Positions 27,031-39,899 are shown, counted from the stretch's first letter. The stretch is 64,000 nt of DNA from Catajapyx aquilonaris (GCA_000934665.2 JYFJ02001344.1:1-64000), one strand, 5' to 3'. Notes: generated by a model from the sequence alone, not told the origin. Made by a program: numbers and translations.

Positions 27031-30000
27031 CTACTCGTCCAAGTCCCTGATGGATCCCCGCTGAGCGAACCCAAATGCGGCCATCCTCCGTCCGCCCTGG
27101 TCCCAACCCCTCTGCTGCCTGTAGCTGGACGCAACAATGTCCCTCTGCTGGCCCCGCTCTCCTCTGTTGAATGGCGTGACTGTGGCTGCGTCTATGTCAC
27201 CGCAAAGAATGTCGTCCAGCGTGTGCGAGTCGATCTGCTCATGCTCCCTCAGCATGGATTCAACCCTCTGGAAGTCCATGCTCAGCTCCTTGCTTCCCTT
27301 GCCATCCACCGCAGCTCGGGCCTTCTCCACCTGAAATCAACACATCATGTGGACTCCCGAACAGTGCAACGTCAGGCTGACTTACAATATCCGACAGAAA
27401 GTTTTGCTTCTTGGTCATGGGCGTATCCTGCTGCAGTACGCTCCTGAACATCGTTATGACATCCTCCGGACGTCCCAAGTCAGACAGAGCCCCAGCACGA
27501 ATGTTACGAACTGTCACGTAATTCTGCTGCCGTGCCACAGCCACCAGCTCCAAAGCCACCTAGTGAAAAATAATTGTTAGTGACGACCTGGAGCCATATG
27601 GCCTAACATTAATCATTGTTAGCAGCTCATTAAACCAACCTGCGGACTCCCCTGCTTCAGAGCAAGCCCAGCCGCAAAGGTCACAGCCCTCCTTGTTGGT
27701 TCATGTCCGACCTCCTTGGCATCCTGCATCAATTTTATCATCCTCTCTAGCGCCTCCTTTGAATCCAGCTTGTACAGCGAGGCCAGCGCTAGTGTGAATG
27801 GGTTGCGTGGAAACTTCATTCCGCCCACTTGCTTCTCCTGAACACGAGCGAACACCTTCAGAGCCTCCTCATACTGCTCATTATGATGCAGCATGTCCAT
27901 TAGTAGCTGGAATGACATCAGCTGGTCGAAGAAACCCTCAAGCTCTGGGTCGTAAAATGCCTGCAATAAAAAAAAGTACATATGTAATATTATCCTGCCG
28001 CATAAACAGTGGTCCGCTTACCTCAAGCGCAGCGTCGACTTGTCCTAAGTGATGGTACATCCGCATTACGACTGGCCCGAACACAAACGTCCCAAACCGA
28101 AGCTGCTTGTTCTGCTGGTTGAACTTCCGCATCATCTGTTTAACCAGAGTCATATCCTCCGCCTTGGATTCAGCGAGATGCACCATGTTCTTCAGGTCCT
28201 CCGTAAACACCATCCCGCCCGCGTTCCTTCCTTCCTCGGACAGCACAATCTCCCGCATCTTGCCTCTGAACTTGTCCACCATGTTGGCGAACTGACGCTC
28301 AGTACGTTCACGTCCACGTACATAATTGTCGATGCCGAGGGCGGCCGGAGTGTACAGGTTACGACGAGCTCCTGTAAAGAACAATTGCTATTAATATTCG
28401 GCTAAAATCGCGGATTAAACTGAAACTGACATTGACAGCAGGAACCGCATGTCGCACTATTGACGAAACATGTGAACAAACTGTAATAAGCATAGTCCGT
28501 ATGTAATCATAGAAAATTAATGTACATTGTTGCGAGAATATCTGGCAGCGATTTTACTTAAGACGTAATAATTATGGCACATTCTCTTTTCCGTATGATT
28601 CAGTCACAATCAGTTGTTCGAGCCTGACTTGGTCCGACTGCGGATGTTGTGTCGCCTCCTGAATTTGGCGATCCATGTCTTGCTTGCGGTGAATTTGCAG
28701 GAGCCGTTATCTAGCTCGTTAAACTTCTGCATGGCCCACTGTTGTATTTCGGCTGATTTGACGACCTCGTTTTGTCGCCGAGCTGAATCGACCTTGTCCG
28801 CGACGAAGCTATCTATTGCGGTGTATATCTCATGTGAACTGCCACATGCGATTTGTTTTCTGAATCGGCTCAGTTGCGATTCGCTCTTGAGTTCACGAGC
28901 ATTAAGCCTCTTCTTCAGGGTGGTCAAGCTCCATTTTGGATGGTCGTCCTTCATCTTCACAATCTCTCTCTTCCGCTCAAGTGAAATCGAAGGCTTTCCT
29001 GTCCACTTCTCAGGAGGCGGAGGTTCCCATTCGTCGTCGCCTGAGATATCCTCATCCGCATTTTCACTGCTGGCGACGTCACTCGTACTAACAAACACAC
29101 CGTCGTGGCTACTGGGTCCTGGCTGGCAATCATCTATGTGAAGCACAAAATGTGTAAGTTGCAGGCAAATACTTGCAAAATATGCTACAACGTACCAGCT
29201 GGGTTCTCGATCTTCCCGACAATCTCGTTAGACCTAACCAGCTCCAGGACATAATCGAAAGCCCTTTGCGCAACCAATGTCTCAATCGCAGTTCTGTCTG
29301 GCGGAGTCGAACTTATATCGTCAGGCGCATATTGGTAGCACAATTCGGCGAACATGCAGGCCAAGTTCTTGAAGTTAACCGGGGCGTCCATCGCGACTTA
29401 ATCCTGCAGACAACGGGGGATTCACGAAGCCTTTACAATGCTGCAGGCATGGAGAAGAAAGAGTGCAGACCAAATTACTCTTTGGTCCTGGCACCTCCAG
29501 CAGGATATACAGAACATAAAATGAACAAACTTCGCCATAAAAATGGGCAAATGTTCATTTCATACCCATTCCACGCCCATTTCAAGTTGGCTTGTTTGTT
29601 TGTCCACTTCATCTGTTCCCCAAGCAGCACGAAATCACCCTGGAAAATCCCACGGTTATCCAGATATCCACTGAATCTCCAATGGCTATCCAGATATCCA
29701 CTGAATCTCCAGGGGACATCCAGATATCCACTGAATCTCCAATGGCTATCCAGATATCCACTGAATCTCCAGGGGACATCCAGATATCCACTGAATCTCC
29801 AATGGCTATCCAGATATCCACTGAATCTCCAGGGGACATCCAGATATCCACTGAATCTCCTATGGCTATCCAGATATCCACTGAATCTCCAGGGGACATC
29901 CAGATATCCACTGAATCTCCAATGGATATTTGGATATCCGTGGGATTTTCTAGAGCGATTCGAGCTACTTGGGTTTTGTTTATTGTCCAATATCCATGTT

Positions 30001-30215
30001 TGCCTGCCTGTTTGTCCACTTCATGTGTGTTTGCCTGTTTGTTATTGTCCACATTTTCATGTATGCCCAGCTCGTTTTTATGCCCATTTCCAAGTAGAGA
30101 GTCTTGCGGTGCTTGAAACGAAACACATTCCCTTGTTCTCACCTGTCCAGAGGGAGGAGAAGAGCCCGTTTCGTGCAGCGAACCTCGCCAGAATAAGCGT
30201 GCTCCTGTCCGCCAT
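27031..30215 (-). CDS. PTCD2: Pentatricopeptide repeat domain-containing protein 2, mitochondrial
   Basis: Exons with RNLYTPAALGIDNY, FTEDLKNMVHLAE, FGTFVFGPVVMRMYH, FFDQLMSFQLLMDML; stop at 27031. Proposed exon 1 30143-30215 (MADRSTLILARFAARNGLFSSLWT, transit-peptide-like) ends in phase 1, matching the phase-1 acceptors at ~28481 and 28371. The 5' model is inferred. Confidence 0.85.
28610..29391 (-). CDS. CENP-B/pogo-Tigger-type HTH DNA-binding protein without DDE domain, 239 aa, 2 exons
   Basis: Exons 29196-29391 and 28610-29133 joined by a 62-nt phase-1 GT-AG intron; SISLERKREIV...HPKWSLTTLKKR and EIQQWAM...FTASKTWIAKFRRRHNI match the two HTH domains of the family; stop follows immediately. 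Confidence 0.8.
29657..29925. repeat. 30-bp minisatellite with alternating A/B variants (60-bp higher-order unit)
   Basis: atccagatatccactgaatctccAATGGCT alternates strictly with ...ccAGGGGAC, 9 units; intronic. Confidence 0.95.
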
Positions 30216-30467
30216 CTTTGAAGAAAATCGTTCTATTTTTTATTTTTTTCTTCGATTCCAATTAGTTCATCTGCCGGCCATCCAGATGGCAGCACCTCCA
30301 CAATACTTATGATAATTGTCATATTAGTATATTTCAATGTTATATAAATTACTTATTAATTACGATAATGCTCGGGTACACTGTACTCGGTTTTTATTAT
30401 TAAAATTAAAGTTTTCAATTTTGTTGCTGTTGGCAACATTGGAAGCGGCTCTTGGGGAAAATTAAAG
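30216..30467. promoter_or_regulatory. Bidirectional promoter between PTCD2 and MRPS27
   Basis: Two divergent ATGs ~250 bp apart, both embedded in AAGATGGCG (YY1-like) motifs. Confidence 0.7.
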
Positions 30468-33400
30468 ATGGCGACGCCCACGTTGTCCCTCTGCAAAAAT
30501 TTGCTGAGATTTTCGCCAAATTTAAGTCGCATCCAAGGTGAAATATATTTAAAATATATTAAAATTAAATCACTGCCAAATATTTAGCATTCAATTTTGT
30601 GCCCATATTATTATTATTATTTTTTTTTAAACTAAACAAGAAAAAAACAAAAACATGTTTGATAAGTTCTTATTGTAGAAAACACAACGATTGTTTGTTC
30701 GTTTCGTTTGTCCAGGTTAGGTTGCCATGATACTTGGTGTCGCATGGCAACCGAACCTGGGCAAGCAAGCAAGCAAGCAAGCAAACAAACACCTCACCCT
30801 AGAACCAGAGGCGAAGTTTGTTTGTCCAGGTTCGGTTGCCATGAGACACCCAAGTGTCATGGCAACATAATCCGGACAAACAAACAAACACCTCACCCTA
30901 GAACCAGAGGCGAAGTTTGTTTGTCCAGGTTTGGTTGCCATGAGACACCCAAGTGTCATGGCAACATAATCCGGACAAACAAACAAACACCTTACCCTAG
31001 AACCCAATTTGTAGGGTCATTTTCTTAAAGAGGTGGAGTTTGTTTGTCCAGGTTTGGTTGCCATGAATCACCTTAGTTTCATGGCGACATAACATGGACA
31101 AACAAACAAACAAACACCTTACCCTAGAAATAATTAAAAAATGGTCGTTTTCTTAAAGAGGCGTAGTTTGTTTGTCCAGGTTCAGTTGCCATGAGACATG
31201 GCAACCTGATCTGGACAAACAAACAAAACACATTTAACCCTGCCTTACCTATAGCAATGCTGCCTATCACTGTTTTGTTTGTTTGTTTGTCCAGGTTTTC
31301 ATTTCACATGGCAATTGAACCTGGATAGACAAAAAAAAAGACGAACAATATTCCTCACTTGCCTAAAGAAATGCTTGCTCGTTTGTCCAGGGTTCGGTTG
31401 CAATGTGAAGCCAGGATTCACATGGCAACCCAACCTGGACAAACAACCTACCAACTTTCTCGATCACTCATTTTGTAAAGGCGACTATGTTTGACCAGGT
31501 TCCGTTGGCATGCTTACCTGGCGACGTTTATTTGCTTGTTTGTCCAGGTTGCCATGAGCAACCAAATTTCAAGTCAACCTACCCTGGACAAACAAACAAC
31601 CAGCTTTCCCAAAACACTCATTTTGTAGCGTAGCTTTCTAAAAGGCAATAAGTTTGTTTGTCCAGGTTCCGGTTGGCATGCTAACCTCCCAACAGTAATA
31701 TTGTTTGCGTGTTCGTCCAGGTTCGGTTGCCATGTCAAGCCAGGATTCACATGGCAACTGAACCTGGACGAAGAAACAACCAACCAGGTGTCCTGGCTTC
31801 ACATTGCAAGCAAACCTGGACGAACACGCAACCAATCGTTGCCATGTCAGCATGCCAACGAAACCTGGACGAACACGCAACCAACCATTGCCATGTCAGC
31901 ATGGCAACCGAACCCTGGACAAACAAGCAAACAAACGTTGCCATGTCAGCATGGCAACCGAACCCTGGACAAACAAGCGAAACAAACGTTGCCAGGTTAG
32001 CATGCCAACGAAACCTGGACAAACAAACTTTTAGTTGCCTTTTAGAAAACGACCCTACAAAATGAGTGTTTTGGGAAAGCTGGTTGGTTTGTTTGTTTGT
32101 CCAGAGTTTGGTTGCCATGTGAAGCCGGGATTCACATGGCAACCAAACTCGGACACCATCATCGTTCTTTAGTAGGGTCATTTTCTAACATGAATTATTA
32201 TAATTCTCATATGTTAATGACCTTGTTAATTATGATTCGATGTGTAAGTGTCGTTTCCCTCGTTATTAACTCCAGCGCGGACTTTCCTGTCGGACGCCTT
32301 CCGCTGCAGGGACGCATGGGACAAGCGTCTGGAGTCGTCCCTTCTGCGCAAGATAAAGATGGACGACTACTACTACGAGCTGGACCAGAAGCTGAACTCG
32401 GAGCGAAGAGCAAGCGCGGTTGACATCGACTTGGTACGTACCTGTACGTAACTTCACACTGGGAACGTAACGCATGTAATTGCAGTTCGCCAACAACGTG
32501 ACCCAACCGTCGCAACTAGACGACCTGGAGGATTTGCTTCACCGATTCAGACGTTCCCCAAACACAGCGTACATGCTCCCGTCAACTCCCCACGCTACGA
32601 TCCGCTCGTACCTTCAATTATCGCAAGACCCTTCAGACATCACGCGGATCCTAGACGACCGTGCTAATTACGGACTATTCGCAGACCACTTCTGCAGCTG
32701 CCTAATGATGGACCAGTTTCTAACATCAGGCGACAGCTGCAGCGCTGCGAAAGTCGCAATCCAGATGATGCTACAGGAGGACTTTGGTCCGCCCCTAGCC
32801 GCATCGCTTGCACTGTACGCCTGCCACAAGCACATACGGACGGACAAGCCATACTGGGACGTACCACCGCCGGAAGAGGACACAACCGAAGAGGTACTGT
32901 CCGCATACCGGTCGTCGCCATGTACTAATCATATATTCCGCAGGTTAAAGTGCGAGTCAGATTCGTCCGCAACCCGTTCTTCGACGACCATTTCGACCTC
33001 CGCGATCCGACGCATCTTCTCGGCAAGACCTTAGCGTTTGCCGGGATGGGACGGACAGACCAAATCGGATTAAGCTCGCAGCTGTTAGGTTGGGGAATGT
33101 ACCAAAAATGGGATAAGGTCCGAGCGGTACTGGAAAAGCATCCGGAGCTGGACAAGTTCGGATTGGAGATGCTCACAACCGAGTTGGAAACGGCGGACAA
33201 TCCGGACGCTCTAATATGTCAAGAGCTAATCCGGGATGTGCGGACGTCCGCTGATATGCTCCAGACGCTACAAAGTGAGGTCGAATCGATCACGGCGAAG
33301 TACGAATCGAGTATGGGCCAATCGCAGGTTCAATTGTACGACCAGTGGGACAAGCGACGTTGGGCCGAGTTAAAGCGGCAGGTGGCCCAATTCAAGCGGG

Positions 33401-33606
33401 AAGAGCGGCTCAGAGCGGTTGCGGACATGAAGCAGGAGATGGCCGAGAAAGAAGAAGTCCTATTCTTCTTCCAGAACAAGGACAAGCTGGAACTGCAGCT
33501 GGAGGAAGACGAGAAGGTCCTGGCCGAGCTCCGGAAAAACCTTCCGAAGCATATCCAGCTCCAAGCCGAAGCTGAAGAAGAGTACATCCCGCCTGATGTC
33601 CGCTAA
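30468..33606 (+). CDS. MRPS27: 28S mitochondrial ribosomal protein S27 (PPR protein)
   Basis: Exons 30468-30537, 32276-32433, 32486-32893 and 32944-33606 join in frame; RTFLSDAFRCRDAWDKRLES, SAVDIDLFAN, FRRSPNTAYMLPSTPHA, VRFVRNPFFDDHFDL. Confidence 0.93.
30700..32160. repeat. Array of ~70-bp imperfect hairpin repeats (tttgtttgtccagg..gttgccatg/catggcaac..cctggacaaacaaa)
   Basis: Fills MRPS27 intron 1; the same family occurs at ~22980-23230, 37790-38300, 41460-42000 and 63030-63115. Confidence 0.85.
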
Positions 33607-34088
33607 TTAATTAAATAAATTAGTGAAATGTACATTGACCGCATATGCCACATTAAATGTATAAAAAACCAACCCCGGTTAATTATTCCAACTGGCACTT
33701 TAATTCAAAATCGAACATTTTGCCTAACGTACTTCAAAAAAATGTTCAATGATTTACAAGTACATGTACGAATGATGTGACGTACTCGGCCAATTGTTCG
33801 ATGCACTAACACCGGTTAAATTATCAAACTGGCGCAATTAAAATCGAACCAAAAGCCATTTAAAATTTTGCCTAACGAACATGCTTTTAAACGCCATTAA
33901 ATTTTTCTAACAGCTCAAGTTCAATTGCAAACTTTATTCAAAATGCATTTTTTTTCATCCTATTTAAATCAAAATACATGTACATAAAAACAGGACAGTA
34001 CACAATCCAGTCAACAATCCGTCTGATACAAAACGTATCAATACAAAGTGTAAAAAACTTGTAAAAAAAATCACTCGAGTAAATAAGT

Positions 34089-36405
34089 TCAGAGGACAAT
34101 GGCCTTGACCCAGTCCTTCCGCAGCTGAGGAAGGGTCGCGACCTGGAGCAGCTTCCTCGAGGTGTACTTGAGCTGGACGGATTGGATCCTCCCGAGATCC
34201 CAAGTCAGCGGCTGGAGGATCATCTTCATCGTGGGCTTGAGCGCCGAGCAGTTGTATCGAGAGTAGAAAGCAAGGGTCGGAGTCCACAGGTCTTCGAGGC
34301 TCGGATTCTCATCGTTGCTCATCATTCTAATGGGGGAGGAAAAAGTCGACGCAAATAAACGCTAATTAGAGCAAATCAGGTTGCAATTACCCGAGAGCCA
34401 GCAGCAGAGCGGTTGCGGCGACCATCGACGGCTTGACGTGGCTCATGTTATGATCTAGCAAAGCCAGCTCCAGCAGGTACTTCGCCAGGTTGTGCTGCAC
34501 AGGCGTTACCTAGAAAATCGGCAACGATTAGCAATGAACACCCCGGAATCAATCGCAACGTACCATCCCAGCCTTCGAGAACCGCCTTAGGAAATGAAGC
34601 GGGAGCGGCCGGCCCATCTTAAAGTCAGTCTTCTTCAGGACGATCATCTCCATGGCACGGATCTCCCGCTTGGTGTACGTCGAGTCCGTCACATACACAA
34701 ACTCGTGCAGATCAGGCGCGTACATCTCCTCATACTTGGACGCCACGTACAGGCAGGTTACGCCCACCAGCTGGAACTTGTTGCGGGGGATGGTCGGCTC
34801 GGCCTGCAGGAAGAGGTCCAGGAGCGAGATGGCCATGAAGAGCGTCTCCTGCAGGAGCTTGAATTGAAGGTGGACCTCGACCATCCAGCCGACGAGGATC
34901 CGCCGCATCCGGGAGGTCACGACCCGCTGTCCGGCGAGGAAGTTCGGATGGATGGACATCTCGATCTCAAGCCGCCGCATGTGAGCGTAGATGTCGTTAA
35001 CGTACTCCTTGACCAGCTGGGGGTTGTCGCCGTCCTCCTCGTCTATGTCTTCAACCTAGGACCGTACGCATTAATTGCTGTACCAACTCCGGCTGGATAC
35101 GTACCTGTCCGATCAGCTTCATTGAGAATGCCCGCTGCTGGATGTCGGACAGTCGAAGCTGCTCCTCCTCAAGCGGCGACGGTAGAGCACTGCGGACTGC
35201 CGCCTCGCTCGGACCGGACGACGCCGGTTGTACTGGCTGCGGCTGCGCCACTGGAGTCGGCAGAACCGCCGGCTTCAAACTGCATCAACAGTTAGTTCTG
35301 CATAACAGCTCATACCGGCTGCATACTTACATGTTCTTGGCCAGTGGCTTCTTCGCAACCAGCTGCGACGACGTGGTCTTGACGACTGGCTTCTTCAGCA
35401 CATTTGACGTCCCGAGGACCTTCTTTGGGATCGCAGTCTTTCCAGGGATCCCAGTCTTTCCAGCAAGCACGGCTGGCTTGAGCGCCATGTTGTTCTGGAT
35501 CTCGCCAAAAGCTGGGCGCCCTGTTGTGCCTTGCATGTTGATCTTCCTGGGACGGAGCCCTGCCTGCCTCTGGAATATTTAAAATGTCAAAACATCAGTG
35601 ACTGTGTCCACTATATTGTCACAATATGGAATTTCATTTAAATATCCATAGGCACGTTCCATCCTGAACGAAAATAATTGTTTAATGCCCACAGGCCGAT
35701 TCCTTTAAAAAAATTAATTATGTCCATATGCATATTCTATTCTCAAAATTTTGTCCAAACGCATGTTCCATCACGGAAAAATATATATATGACTTGTCCG
35801 CAGGCCCATTCCATACTGATTTTTTTAAAAATAATGTCCACAGGCCTATTCCATACTGATTTTGTGAAGTGTCCACAGGCCTATTATACTGAAAATTGTA
35901 AAAAAAAAAATTTACTGTCCTGAAAAAAAAATATATTTTTAAAATGTTCATAGGCACGTTCCGTCCTGAAAAAAAAAAATTTATGTGTCCGTTTGGACCT
36001 TCCGCCCTGAAAATGAATTTTTAAATGCCCATAGGCATGTTCCGTCCTGGGAAAAAAATGTCAACAGGCACATTCCGTCCTGAAAAATATGGTTTTTAAA
36101 AAAAAATGTCCACAGGCCTATGCAGGCTTTTTTTTTTTCTTCAATATATTCATCAACATAATTATTACCTCTTNGGGGGGGGATAATACAAGTTAATTCC
36201 TCCAGACATGTTCCATTCTGAAAATAATTTCATATAAATATCCACAGGCCTTACTTTGGGGAAAAATATTAATCAAAACAAATTCCTCCGAACATGTTCC
36301 ATTCTGAAGGGAAGGAAAATACGTTAAGATTTCCTAGGCCTATTTAACTTATTATTTTTAAATGAAACTTACAGTGACTGGAGCGATTCCTTGAGTAGAA
36401 GCCAT
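34089..36405 (-). CDS. CycB: G2/mitotic-specific cyclin B, 6 exons
   Basis: Exon 1 36373-36405 ([11 protein letters not shown]); D-box RPAFGEIQN in exon 2; cyclin box [13 protein letters not shown]...LLQETL...[20 protein letters not shown]...[16 protein letters not shown]. Confidence 0.93.
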
Positions 36406-36599
36406 CTTTTTTTGTAATCCTTTTCGACTAGTGGGGGGTTCCTTCACTTCCTTAAGAGGGAGGCTTGTGTCCAGCAGAGATGATGGCTGGGGGGTGATGA
36501 CCAGTGTCCACTGTCTCTCCTGCTCCGTCTCTTTTCCTCCTGTTCCTTTCGTGTCCAGCAACAATCGCCCAACTGACTCCAACAAAAGTCCGGTTTTTG

Positions 36600-36810
36600 T
36601 TTAAATCCCCACTGGCAACGGACCGATTTCAAAAGGGGGGACGCTCATTGGCCAGGGGGATGGCGCACCTGGCGCTCGCAGCCAATCGGGGAGGGCGATG
36701 CAATAGAGCGACACACGAACCAATCGGAGCCACTGACAGATGCGGTGTAGGCCACAGGTTGGAATTTACACGCTGCCGGTATGCACCATCAAGCATAACA
36801 GCTGATTGGC
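36600..36810 (-). promoter_or_regulatory. Cyclin B promoter with CHR-like element and CCAAT boxes
   Basis: TTTGAA (gene orientation) at 36628-36633; CCAAT/ATTGG at 36647, 36682, 36720 and ~36805. Confidence 0.55.
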
Positions 36811-36846
36811 TGACAGTGTGAGCGCAAAGATGTAAATGTTCCAAAT

Positions 36847-37269
36847 TTTGCCAAAATGCAAGTTTATGCCTACTTTTTCGTCCAAATATTGAAGCATTTA
36901 TAAATGATGTAATTATTTATAGTTGCAACATTATTTGTGCAATTTGTGACAATATTTTGGATTTACATGCTGCCTGAATGTAGATTCATAGTTGAGCGGT
37001 GATTGGCTATTGATGTGTTCGCGCACCACTTTGTACGGTGTACTGTGTAAAATTACTTTTGCCAAAATAAAATGCAATTTTATGCCTAATTTTTCGTCCT
37101 AATATTTAAGCATTTATAAATGATGTAATTATTTACATTTGCAACATTATTTGTGCAATTTGTGACAATATTTTGGATTTACATGCTGCCTGAATGTAGA
37201 TTTATGGTTGAGCGGTGATTGGCTATTGATGTGTTCGCGCACCACTTTGTACGGTGTACTGTGTAAAAT
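36847..37269. repeat. Direct tandem duplication of ~210 bp
   Basis: 36847-37053 is nearly identical to 37058-37269. Confidence 0.9.
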
Positions 37270-38347
37270 CAAAAATCCAAGAACAATTTATTGTCGACCA
37301 AGTTGTCGACAATTGTGCAAATATTTAAAATTGCGGATATTATTTTTAGCAATAAATTTTTGTACACTATTAATGTGCCATAGTATGGCACAGTAATTGT
37401 ACTTTTTAAAAAAAGTGAAATCAGCCAATCAGCCGCATGTTCCGAGGCAGGTTCGGTTGACATGCGAATTATTTATGCTTTTAAAATATTGTTAATAATT
37501 TTAGATTTTTAAAAAATAATTTAATATCGTTACATGCTCATTGTTTTTGTTTGCAGTTCCAGTTTTTTTTAAAATGAAAATTAATATGTCGATCTGGCCA
37601 CGTTGCTCTTCAAAATTCGAACGGCATGGCCGCCATCTTAAGAAAGTGAAACGAACGTTCTTCAGCTCAACGTTTCGATCTCTTTTTTTTTTTGAAGTCT
37701 TCTGGGTGCCGGTACTGGACGCAGGAAGGTACAAAAAAGGGGGGCTACATACCCACATAACATTACACGTATTGTAAACGAGAAAAAAAAGTGTGATTGT
37801 GTGTCCATTGCAACCCAAAATCTGGACAAACAAACAAACTGATGTTGAATAACATTACCCATAAGAGCCTTTTTTTTTGCCTTTTGCTTGTCCATGGCAA
37901 CCCAAATCTGGACAAACACTCAAACAGACTTGTTGATGACATTGCTCTATGGATATATATTATAGTTTCTCTGTCCATGGCAACCAAACCATGGACGAAC
38001 ATGCAGACAAACTTGCCAATGGAAACAGCCGCCTTGTACGTCTGTTTGTTTGTCCATGGCAAACCAAGTCTGAACGAACAAGTTGATCACATTACTCATG
38101 GAAGTTTGTCCATGGCAACCAAACCCTGGACAAACAAACAAACTGTTGATTGCTGCATTACCTTGCGGAAACAGCCTAGTCTGTGCATGGCAACCAAACC
38201 CTGAACAAACGAACACCTTCCCCATGGAAACAACCTTGTCTGGCTGTCCATGGCAACCGAGTCTGGACAAACAAACAAACTGTTGATGATACTTGCCCAT
38301 CGAAACATGCTTACTCCTAATCCATGCTGATTAATTGCAGGTTGAGG

Positions 38348-39234
38348 ATGAAGGGGATCATGATGGGTGGTGTTACTGGGACGCTGGTGCGTGTCGGATG
38401 CGTGAGTGCGGCGTACTTGACATACCGCCTTGTGAAGAGGTGGTTCGTACGGAGGAATAAGCGGGAGGCGAGGAAGGAGAGGATGGCCAGGAGGAAGGAG
38501 GAGAGGGCCAGGAGGAAGGAGGAAAGGGCCAAGAGGGAGCTGGAGAGGGAGTACGGCGTGGGGGTGACGCCCATGGAGTACGCCATGTTCTTCCCATGCA
38601 CCGGGAAGCCGGAGTGGGGCTTCAAGGAGGAGGTGGACATCGACATGACACCCTTCATACACAAGGAGGACCACATTGTGTACGATCCGCGTTGACGTAT
38701 CACTTGCACACATCTAATCGATTCCTTTGCAGGACGATCATCGGCTTCCTGGATCGGACAGAGAAGACGCTGGACATCTGCATGTACCTCATTACCCATA
38801 CCCTGCTGAGCGACGCCACTATTCGCGCCAAGAAGAGGGGAGTCGAAGTGCGAATTATCACAGAGTACGACCACGTCACTGCCACCAAGTCGCAGGTGCC
38901 GCGTTTCAGTGATGCGGGTGCGTTACATGCCGCTGATTGAGGGAAAAGACAGCTTGTTGTTACATAAAGTGATCTTTACATTCCAGGTATACCCGTGGCA
39001 ACTAAGAAAGGGTCGTACATCATGCACAACAAGTTTGTGATAATGGACGGAAAGTACTGCATGATGGGCTCCCTGAACTGGACCAACCAAGCCATCTACG
39101 GGAACTGGGAGCACTGCCTGATCTCCAACAACAAGGTGCACATCGGCCTGATGCAAGGGGTCTTCAACGCCCTGTGGGACGAGTTCCAAGGCGGAGGTGA
39201 CTGTGACGCTCCAACCTTAGAGGAAGGCTGGTGA
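38348..39234 (+). CDS. PLD6: PLD6/zucchini-like single-HKD nuclease/cardiolipin hydrolase, 254 aa
   Basis: Exons 38348-38679, 38733-38917 and 38987-39234 in frame; N-terminal hydrophobic anchor, MFFP, TLDICMY, RGVEVRIIT, HNKFVIMD...GSLNWT...GNWE. Confidence 0.88.
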
Positions 39235-39899
39235 CATGCATTGCATGCTGAAGAAATCCATGTACCTGAATGAGCATTAAAGTCAAAACCATGGTACCTG
39301 AAAGATAACGTATGTCCTCTCCGCGTTTCTGATTACCAATTTCGCAGGATTCAATAGCAATGTTGATAAGCCACTATTAAAAATACTTGCACTGGACAGT
39401 AATCGTCAGTTGCTCGACTGCAAAGTAACTATATTTTCAGAGAATTTTCTATTACAGTAATTCGTATTCTTTTTAAAATGCGCTCCAAGCAGATACGGCA
39501 AGATAATTAAACTTACGTACAAGTAAAACATGTTAAGCGACATTTTGTGTTTTCATGTTTTAAAATGTATTTTTTTTATTCAGGTGAAAAGAATTCATTG
39601 ACAGGTACCCTTCAATAATTACGTACATTCAATAATAATTGAATAATTTTTTTCAACAACAATAAATGCAAATCATTTGCTACACTCGCATGTCACCTTG
39701 AATTGATTACGGGTTGGAAACGTTCTAGGATAGTAAGAAAATAATTTCAAAATTGATGGAATTAGCTAAGTATGTTTCATAGATTCTTTTTTAAAACCTC
39801 TATAAAAATGGCCTTGTGCCACCTACTACCCTACAGTGAACTACTTGAAAATCATTTACGTGCTAATCACGTATTACTTGCACAAGTGCTATACCCAAT

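Noticed and set aside
29173..30312. 379-aa ORF and overlapping repeat ORFs (SRYPLNLQ / IQISTESP)
   Set aside because: Produced by a stop-free 30-bp minisatellite inside an intron, antisense to the real genes.
34594..35582. Long plus-strand ORFs (233 and 146 aa), and similar antisense ORFs over the kinase, SPOP-like and HTH genes
   Set aside because: Antisense shadows of GC-rich real exons.
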